Virus record (IMG/VR): IMGVR_UViG_3300027754_003462
Reading direction: 5' to 3' (one strand)
From: a virus
DNA length: 64,000 nucleotides
The notes under the pieces are model-generated. The model ran no database searches. It saw only the letters and a program-made list of their open reading frames with translations, and was not told the origin of the DNA. How positions within the stretch are numbered: position 1 is the stretch's first letter; every line of letters begins with the position of its first letter. Of the stretch, positions 57,659 through 64,000 are shown piece by piece. Both the position numbers and the translations under genes were made by a program.

Positions 57659-58788
57659 AGGAATTCCAATTCTGGCCATAGTCGTACAAAATCTCCCGAT
57701 TTGTCTGGATGGAACACAGTTTCGTTGTCATGAATATGTTTACGAAAGTTTTGTTGTATCTCAGGATTGGGCTCTGATTGACTGTACTTGTCTCTTGCTT
57801 GATCAAAGAACTGTCGCTCTGCTGGGGTAGCAATGTCCATCTCATAGAATCGATCGATTTCCCGGCTGGCCAACTCAGCCACTTCGGGTCCATGTTGGAA
57901 CGGATCAAGATAATCTGGTTGGAATAAATTTTGCCACAGCACTGTGGTGCCAGTATCTTGGGCAAACTGCCTAAACTCACAAAGTCGTGTGGCACTGTAA
58001 ATATTGTATACAGCGTGTATGCCGCCCCAATGGCCATTGTTCTTCATGAGATATTTAACTGTTTGTATATTGTGTTGCAACAACTTCCAGTCAGCACCGT
58101 GACGTACATATTCTAGTCTATCACCCGTGTTGTCAAAACTCATGGACCAGCCTACATTACGTCTCTGGGTAAGTTTTTTAAATATTTTATTTTTTTCCAG
58201 ATCAACATTCATATTTGTGATCAGTGTTACTATGGCACTTTCAGGAATGACATCTAGCAAGCGTTCGTTTTCGGGCAATAATAATGGTTCGCCTCCGACC
58301 AAGGCCACTTCGTGTATGTGTTCATGATGTTGCTCAAGAAAGTCACACACTTGTTCATAGTAGGGTCTTGTGCCTGATCGGAATGGCACGTTTTTTATAC
58401 TAGCCCATTTACTAGAACAACCGGGCCCACAGTAGTTACAACTCAAGTTACAGGTTGTGTTCCAACGCACATCAAATATCACAGGATAGTGATATCGGTC
58501 ACCTGCTAGGGCATAATCAAAGTTGGGATTCACACGGTTGTGCCAGGCACGTTCCGAGTCTGCGCCAAAGCGTTCGGCTTTTACACAATTACTGCAATAC
58601 TCATGCGGCTGACCTTGTGCTAGGCTGGCACGTATTTCTGCCATTAAATCAGTGTTTAAGATTTCTTCAATGGTGTTGGCATTGAGGTTACCCAACATGT
58701 TGGGATTGCCTGCGCAACAGGTTTTGACATTGCCTTGGGGATTGATGTGCAGGCCACGCCAGGGTGCCGCACAGTAGAAATTGCTCAT
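57649..58788 (-). CDS. radical SAM protein with N-terminal SPASM/twitch-like domain
   Basis: YCAAPW...G.VKTCC...CSNC; CNLSCNYC; GGEPL; LEYVRHGADW. Confidence 0.9.
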   Translation of the reverse strand: MSNFYCAAPWRGLHINPQGNVKTCCAGNPNMLGNLNANTIEEILNTDLMAEIRASLAQGQPHEYCSNCVKAERFGADSERAWHNRVNPNFDYALAGDRYHYPVIFDVRWNTTCNLSCNYCGPGCSSKWASIKNVPFRSGTRPYYEQVCDFLEQHHEHIHEVALVGGEPLLLPENERLLDVIPESAIVTLITNMNVDLEKNKIFKKLTQRRNVGWSMSFDNTGDRLEYVRHGADWKLLQHNIQTVKYLMKNNGHWGGIHAVYNIYSATRLCEFRQFAQDTGTTVLWQNLFQPDYLDPFQHGPEVAELASREIDRFYEMDIATPAERQFFDQARDKYSQSEPNPEIQQNFRKHIHDNETVFHPDKSGDFVRLWPELEFLCK

Positions 58789-58823
58789 GTAGTATTTACA
58801 TGCCCAATTTTGCGATGCTACAT

Positions 58824-58901
58824 TTACACCGGGCTGTAGGGATTACGATGTCGATCGTATCCATCGTCGGGCGGTAATACCGGGTACTCGTTATTCCGCA
58901 T
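58824..58901 (-). CDS. possible 25 aa peptide MRNNEYPVLPPDDGYDRHRNPYSPV
   Basis: Small ORF overlapping the nuclease stop and filling most of the gap; no clear RBS. Confidence 0.35.
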   Translation of the reverse strand: MRNNEYPVLPPDDGYDRHRNPYSPV

Positions 58902-59709
58902 TGCGACCACACCGGGCACGTTTGGCATTGGTCAATGCACCAAAATCCACTGGCCATTCTTTGCCAGGTTGTACTTCCGTAACACCTGGGGGAAACTTAT
59001 AGTCAACCCCTGCTACTTTTTCTATTTCTGCAATGGGCCGGCGGAACACAGTCAAGTCGTTGCCCAGGTTAACATAGGGCTTGGTATGTGGGAATACCCA
59101 ACCTGCGGCCTGCTTGGTTGTGTTGTTGATAACAATCTTGTAGAAGCCATGTGGTACAATAACACCGTTGCCAATTGTGGGGTCACCGGCACCATACAAT
59201 GCACCTACATAAATTGTGAAAGGTTGGTTTAGTTGCACCGTCCATCCGCGAACTGCTGTTTCCAACAGTTTCCAAATACCACGATTTAATGATCCGTGTT
59301 GCGGATACATGTTGGTCATCAAGAAACTTTCATATTCCACTTGTGCTGACCAACTCAAGTCACCGTCAGGAGCGGCATGTCCTTTGTCGTAGCCTGTGCC
59401 TGCATAGTCATCTGGTCTGGCACCTGTGCCACCTAGGCTTTGGTCTGCTACAAATGCATTAGTGCGCGGAAAGCATCCTAGTGCGTTTTGTGGTAGTAGT
59501 GTATATGCCACATAAGCAGGAATCTTAACAGGTGCATCATATGCCACAAGATACGCTTCACGGCAAATTGCTTGTACCGGACGATTGACTATGGCAAATC
59601 CATAAGGTGAGTGTACTTGACATGCCTGTACAGGATTAGGAGCACGTTGATCCCAGGCTTGTGCTAGTCCTGCTGTGAGTAGCAAGACCACGGTTAATAT
59701 TTTTTTCAT
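58891..59709 (-). CDS. secreted DNA/RNA non-specific endonuclease (NucA-like, His-Me finger)
   Basis: Signal peptide; GYDKGH, F.MTNM.PQ...LNRG.W..LE, VP.GFYKI. Confidence 0.92.
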   Translation of the reverse strand: MKKILTVVLLLTAGLAQAWDQRAPNPVQACQVHSPYGFAIVNRPVQAICREAYLVAYDAPVKIPAYVAYTLLPQNALGCFPRTNAFVADQSLGGTGARPDDYAGTGYDKGHAAPDGDLSWSAQVEYESFLMTNMYPQHGSLNRGIWKLLETAVRGWTVQLNQPFTIYVGALYGAGDPTIGNGVIVPHGFYKIVINNTTKQAAGWVFPHTKPYVNLGNDLTVFRRPIAEIEKVAGVDYKFPPGVTEVQPGKEWPVDFGALTNAKRARCGRNAE

Positions 59710-59741
59710 TGTGTAGCCTTTTGTAATATGCTACTATTTAG

Positions 59742-60122
59742 TTAGTAACCGTTGAAGGGTTTTACTGGGCTGGTGTGATTGACCGAGGCTGGTTCTAAAC
59801 TGTTGGGGGTACTTATCTGTACCTTTTTAACAGGCAGGCCGGCCATTTTCAATGCTTGATCAATAACTGGCTCTACTGAGGCATTGAATCCAGCAATCAC
59901 AGCATCTTCGCCAAATGCGGCTTGTGCTGACCAAGCAGGCATGTTGGGTATGGGATCTTGTGTGCCGGCATCACTTCTGGCTCGAGCCATGGCCACACCC
60001 AGACGATATATTTGATAAGGGTCACTGGACTGCACCCCTGGTAACACAAACACATGATTCATGGGATCTGCCAGTTCAGGAGGCAATGTTGCTTCTTCAG
60101 TGATAAATTCTCGTGCTCTCAT
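59742..60122 (-). CDS. probable head-internal protein (paralog A)
   Basis: MRAREFITE N-terminus; ends VNHTSPVKPFNGY. Confidence 0.65.
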   Translation of the reverse strand: MRAREFITEEATLPPELADPMNHVFVLPGVQSSDPYQIYRLGVAMARARSDAGTQDPIPNMPAWSAQAAFGEDAVIAGFNASVEPVIDQALKMAGLPVKKVQISTPNSLEPASVNHTSPVKPFNGY

Positions 60123-60490
60123 CAGTAGCCTTTAAATGCTTCAATGGGACTAGTGGTGTTTACCGCAGGATGTTCTTCACTGTCAAAATCGCCGTGATTT
60201 AGATCTTCATAATCTGCCCCAGCTGCCTTGTATGCTTGTATGAGCATTCGTTGCTCAACTTCAGTATAAGGGCTTGCTGTGCGTTTTTTTCCTACCCAAC
60301 TCTTGCCATCCATCTTGATTGGTTTATTAGATCCGTCGGCCATGGCCACGGCCATCATCACACGATTGAGAGTATAGTCACTGTTGGCTTTTTCACTGTC
60401 ACTAAACAAATTAAGGCCCACCGTGGCACTTTGATTACGGGTGCTTAATTTTCCCTGACGCATTTCAGTAACAAACTCTTGTGCTCGCAC
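60122..60490 (-). CDS. probable head-internal protein (paralog B)
   Basis: MRAQEFVTE N-terminus (GTG start); ends VNTTSPIEAFKGY. Confidence 0.65.
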   Translation of the reverse strand: MRAQEFVTEMRQGKLSTRNQSATVGLNLFSDSEKANSDYTLNRVMMAVAMADGSNKPIKMDGKSWVGKKRTASPYTEVEQRMLIQAYKAAGADYEDLNHGDFDSEEHPAVNTTSPIEAFKGY

Positions 60491-60492
60491 GA

Positions 60493-60822
60493 TTAACTCG
60501 AAGTTGAGCCGTACACACCACTTGTGCCGGATGTGGCAGTACCTAGTGCTGTGGCTGTGAATGCATTGCCTGTAACAATGTTAAGGTAGTTGCCGGCTCC
60601 GATATAGTACTGTTGCACGGTATTACCTGGTACCACAATGGCATTGGCATACAAGTTGCCTGTGGGCATGGTGGTGTTCACCGGCACACCATTGGCCTGT
60701 ATGTATTGAGTTTGTGTCAAACTAACTTGGAATGTAACGTTGGCCAACGTGGTAGCAATTTCTACCTTGTCTGTAGTCCAAGCCACGTTGGATACAGCGT
60801 TGACAACTTGAACAGCAGGCAT
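60493..60822 (-). CDS. probable virion structural protein
   Basis: 109 aa rich in T/N/V/G, beta-like. Confidence 0.6.
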   Translation of the reverse strand: MPAVQVVNAVSNVAWTTDKVEIATTLANVTFQVSLTQTQYIQANGVPVNTTMPTGNLYANAIVVPGNTVQQYYIGAGNYLNIVTGNAFTATALGTATSGTSGVYGSTSS

Positions 60823-60992
60823 TATTTTGTGTCCTTGGGTGGTTCACTCACAACTGGTTGAAACAAGTTGCGTGTTTGATCCAACACACCGGGAATGTAC
60901 ACTGGTTGTTGTTTGTAACCGCCAGTGGCAGGACTATGTGGATTGATAACAGGGGGTGTTGTCAATGCTGTGGTAAAAGGTTGTGTGGTCAT
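60822..60992 (-). CDS. small Pro/Thr-rich hypothetical protein (56 aa, MTTQPF...)
   Basis: ATG 1 nt after the upstream stop, GGAG RBS, TAATG coupling downstream. Confidence 0.6.
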   Translation of the reverse strand: MTTQPFTTALTTPPVINPHSPATGGYKQQPVYIPGVLDQTRNLFQPVVSEPPKDTK

Positions 60993-60993
60993 A

Positions 60994-63942
60994 TTATACT
61001 CCGTATTGTCCTTTGTATTGTTTCCAAAGATTAGCAGTGGAAGCAAGAATGCCTTCGTCAATATCTTTTTTCTTGACAGCATTTGTGCCTGGAATTTTTT
61101 CTCCAACTTTGACGTCATTATCTGCAAGGCCTTTTGTAAACAAGTTGCCTTCTTCAGTTTTTTCTTCGTCAACTTCTTTTTTCTTGACACCGGCCATTTC
61201 CATCATTCTATGAAGTTCTTGATCATCTTCGTATGTGTGTTGACGCTCGTCCTGGCTGGCAATCACAGGAATAGTTGTTTGTCCAGTTGATTTAGGACCG
61301 TTTAATCCACCCGAATATTCAAAACTATCTTGTGCAGTTTCAGTGTTGGTAGGATAATCAGGTGAATTTTGGCTTACAACGTCATCGCCATAGGCTTCGT
61401 CAACTGTTTCGCAGCCGCAGTCTTCTTGACCACATGCATCGCACACTTCGTCGTCGTGGCCATGATCATCATCAACTGCTTGACGTATTTGATCAGCAAT
61501 GCCTTCTGCACCGTGTACTTCTATTTCGGCGCCAGGTGCTTGGCCGCCCATGTCATGATCGCCGCCTAGGCCGGCATTTTTCAACAACTCGCCCAGTTTC
61601 ATGGCATCGTCATCAGTGGCAGTCACAGTCACGCTCCGACTTGGGCCGCCTGTGGCGTCAGTGTTCATGCTCATGCTGATATTCATGCTTTCAGAGATCA
61701 TGCTTTCTAGTTCACGATTCATGGAGTCATAAATGCCTTGTCCAAACCCGAAGCCACTTGATGCTGTGGGAGTGTCAGTTCCGCCTTGCTCTTTGACTTT
61801 CTTTTTCTTCTCGTCGTATTCAATGTCTTTGGTGACTTTCTTGCCGGCTTTTTCTGCTTTGGTATCTTCGGATCCACGCTTCTTGCCGTGAATGCCATCT
61901 TTCTTTTTCTCATCATACTCAATGTCTTTGGCAACCTTGCGGCCTGCACGTTCAGCACGGTTGTCACGGGTAGAAGTTTTTTCTTCGCCCATGGCCATTT
62001 CGTCGTCCTCTTGGTTCTGCATGTAGTCGTCCACAGCAGTCATCATGCTTTCGATCTTGGCCAACTTGGATTGTACCCATTCTGGCAGGTTGTCATTGTC
62101 GCCCAGGATCTTTTCCAGGGCTTGTGCATGACGCACCACAGTTTTAATACTGTCTTTGGCCATGTCGCCTTCTTGATCATACTCACCACGATCTATGATA
62201 TCAAGATCACCTTCCGCCATGTCTTGTTTTAAGGCTTGCACAACAGCAGTTAACAAATCATTGAATGTTAATTTGGGATTGACCAAGGCACCGGGAACAA
62301 TAGTTTTGTCGCCGTATACAAGGTCAACGTCGTCAAAATAAAGTGGAGAATTTCTTGGCAAACCGGCGTTTTTTTCTAACCAGTTTGTAAGTTTCTTTAC
62401 ATCCTGAGTTTCTTTGTAGTAACCAGCGACGTTTCCAAGATCGGCTTCGTTGGTTTTGCGACCGCCTTTGTGTTTGGTAGCCTTGCTGGTCACACGCTCA
62501 GGGCCTTTGTCAGCACCTTTTGGACGACCGCGTCCGCGCTTTTCACCTGCGGCTGGCTCATCACTATCAGCACCTACTGAATAACCTGTGTTGGGATCAA
62601 CTCTGCGTGTTACTCTGCGGCCGCCAGGAACTTCTTGTGTGTCATGCTTGTCACCGTGTGTGACATCGCCAACTTTGCGTTTGCGCATTTCATCACGGGC
62701 GCTGTCCACAGTCGGAAAGCCTTCGTCAGCCACTTGCTTGTTGCCGCCTTTGCGCAACATAGCAAAGTCGTTGGCATCTAGTTTGCCGTTCTTGTTCATG
62801 TCAATTTTCTTTTGCTTGGGACTAAGTGCGCTTTTGATGGCTTCAGCAGCCACGTCACCCAACATCTCATCAACTTCTTTCTTGGCGCCGGCAATCTTGT
62901 CGGCAAAAGTAATTTTGTCTTTGGGAGGTGCAAGTTTAGCAAATGACTTTTGTTTAGGTGTCATTGGCGCACCGTCTTCTTCAGCCATGGCAGCATTTCT
63001 CATTTTTGCTGGCATCTGTGATGCTAACTTTTGAGCATGCATTTTATCGTTCATATTGGCTTTATGGACACTGGTTTTATTGGATAAATCTGCATAGTGT
63101 TGGCTTGCTTTATTGTACCCAGGAATCAATGCCATTTCAGGATCATCACTTTGTTTAACCAATTTACTTTTTATACGGTCAACTTCATTATCAAATTTTA
63201 CACTACGTCGGTTTGCCGCATTTCTAGTTCTGTTTAGCAACTCAGAACTTAGTTCATCAAGTTCTTGTGGCTTCTTGCCAGTTTGTGGCATGCCCATCTT
63301 GCGTTGCAAGTCTTTGCGCATGGATTGATCGTCACCATGGCCCAGGCGGTTCATCACAGCGCCGCCAACTTTCTTGACTGCACTGCCAACTCGCTTGGCC
63401 ACATCACCCATGCCCTCGTCCATGTCTTTTTGTTTTTTACGCAAGGCACTATTGAACTTGTCATCTAGTCTATTGTATTTGTCAGATGCTTTTTGATCTC
63501 GGCGATCGTCAGCATCAGCATATTTCATACCTGCCTTGTCCCTTGCACGTTTTAATAGGTCAGTACTGAGTTCATTGACTTGGTCTTTATCATACTTGTC
63601 ATACTTGGCACGAACTGGATCCAGTGCCTTGCCTTCACGTCCAGCCTTGGCCAGGGCCTGCATGCCTTCTTTGCCATACTTCTCATAGCCTTTGGCCGCA
63701 CGGCTCATGCCTTCTTCTTCTAGTTTGCCAGATTTTTTCATCTTTTGGAACTGAGCACCCGCCACACGCTCACCAGCGGCCTTGCTACCGTATTCTTTGC
63801 CGGCTTTTTTTGCCAAGGCATCAAACCCAGTGGTCTTGTTGTTGTGCTTGCCCATGTCACGTTCATTTAACTGACCGTGTGTGGTTTCTGGCTTCTCGCG
63901 AATTGCGTTTAGTTTGTCGTTGAGATTGTAAAAAAATGTCAT
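60994..63942 (-). CDS. large modular protein, probable prohead-core/internal polyprotein
   Basis: 982 aa, highly charged, about 15 modules separated by [LIVM]-x-E; EF-hand-like and AT-hook-like motifs; GAGGA RBS. Confidence 0.65.
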   Translation of the reverse strand: MTFFYNLNDKLNAIREKPETTHGQLNERDMGKHNNKTTGFDALAKKAGKEYGSKAAGERVAGAQFQKMKKSGKLEEEGMSRAAKGYEKYGKEGMQALAKAGREGKALDPVRAKYDKYDKDQVNELSTDLLKRARDKAGMKYADADDRRDQKASDKYNRLDDKFNSALRKKQKDMDEGMGDVAKRVGSAVKKVGGAVMNRLGHGDDQSMRKDLQRKMGMPQTGKKPQELDELSSELLNRTRNAANRRSVKFDNEVDRIKSKLVKQSDDPEMALIPGYNKASQHYADLSNKTSVHKANMNDKMHAQKLASQMPAKMRNAAMAEEDGAPMTPKQKSFAKLAPPKDKITFADKIAGAKKEVDEMLGDVAAEAIKSALSPKQKKIDMNKNGKLDANDFAMLRKGGNKQVADEGFPTVDSARDEMRKRKVGDVTHGDKHDTQEVPGGRRVTRRVDPNTGYSVGADSDEPAAGEKRGRGRPKGADKGPERVTSKATKHKGGRKTNEADLGNVAGYYKETQDVKKLTNWLEKNAGLPRNSPLYFDDVDLVYGDKTIVPGALVNPKLTFNDLLTAVVQALKQDMAEGDLDIIDRGEYDQEGDMAKDSIKTVVRHAQALEKILGDNDNLPEWVQSKLAKIESMMTAVDDYMQNQEDDEMAMGEEKTSTRDNRAERAGRKVAKDIEYDEKKKDGIHGKKRGSEDTKAEKAGKKVTKDIEYDEKKKKVKEQGGTDTPTASSGFGFGQGIYDSMNRELESMISESMNISMSMNTDATGGPSRSVTVTATDDDAMKLGELLKNAGLGGDHDMGGQAPGAEIEVHGAEGIADQIRQAVDDDHGHDDEVCDACGQEDCGCETVDEAYGDDVVSQNSPDYPTNTETAQDSFEYSGGLNGPKSTGQTTIPVIASQDERQHTYEDDQELHRMMEMAGVKKKEVDEEKTEEGNLFTKGLADNDVKVGEKIPGTNAVKKKDIDEGILASTANLWKQYKGQYGV
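61800..61960. repeat. internal coding duplication (AE.AG.KV.KDIEYDEKKK x2)
   Basis: Two near-identical 20 aa units in the 982 aa ORF. Confidence 0.75.
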
Positions 63943-63946
63943 TGTA

Positions 63947-64000
63947 TTATCCTCTTGGGTTTGCGCCAGTGGCTGGGCGGGGTTGACGCTTGATATTGGT
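63947..64000 (-). CDS. C-terminal fragment of an upstream gene (...TNIKRQPRPATGANPRG)
   Basis: Open frame to the window edge, with stop 4 nt before the next ATG. Confidence 0.5.
   Translation of the reverse strand, partial: TNIKRQPRPATGANPRG

Noticed and set aside
23293-58788. Radical SAM genes as QueE (7-deazaguanine pathway), NrdG or viperin
   Set aside because: The size and extra Cys domain do not fit, and no queC, queD, folE, dpdA or nrdD is present in the window
60993-61190. Lys-rich extension of ORF 60822..61190 (possible frameshift product)
   Set aside because: It is an alternative frame of the 982 aa gene's end; a proper RBS and ATG exist at 60992, and no convincing slippery site with downstream structure was seen
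1-64000. CRISPR array, tRNA or rRNA genes
   Set aside because: No regularly spaced repeats or cloverleaf/T-loop signatures seen by eye, and intergenic gaps are short and explained by promoters and terminators; tRNAscan and Infernal were not run
1-64000. Stop-codon reassignment
   Set aside because: Core genes are full length in the standard code, and TAA, TGA and TAG all appear as real stops

Overview
A 64 kb segment of a large lytic, T4-like (myovirus-type) bacteriophage genome, standard genetic code, densely coding and mostly on the minus strand. The host is probably a proteobacterium (inferred from the IscU/IscA, class Ia RNR, an outer-membrane beta-barrel gene and sigma70-type promoters). 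Core genes: DNA ligase (partial), PAAR spike tip, glutaredoxin, nrdA/nrdB, tailspike-like protein, exonuclease, gp41-like helicase, primase, gp62-like clamp-loader subunit, UvsW, UvsY, UvsX/RecA, gp32 SSB and large terminase. Accessory layers: (1) five radical SAM genes with an N-terminal SPASM/twitch-like domain wedged among core genes, one with a visible duplication of the primase/helicase junction, plus iscU/iscA; (2) an 11 kb glycosyltransferase/methyltransferase island; (3) likely capsid-internal proteins with T4-like capsid-targeting N-termini, and two large putative polyproteins whose modules are bounded by [LIVM]-x-E candidate prohead-protease sites and short direct repeats; (4) a 189 aa mini-DnaE keeping all three catalytic Asp motifs; (5) a nucleotidyltransferase/ligase-like fusion; (6) regulatory elements, including early promoters with a fixed-distance palindrome, TAAATA late-type motifs just before start codons, an anti-Shine-Dalgarno hairpin and a structured gp32 leader. 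I saw no tRNA, rRNA, CRISPR array, intron or intein. All family assignments come from motif recognition by eye, not from database searches.
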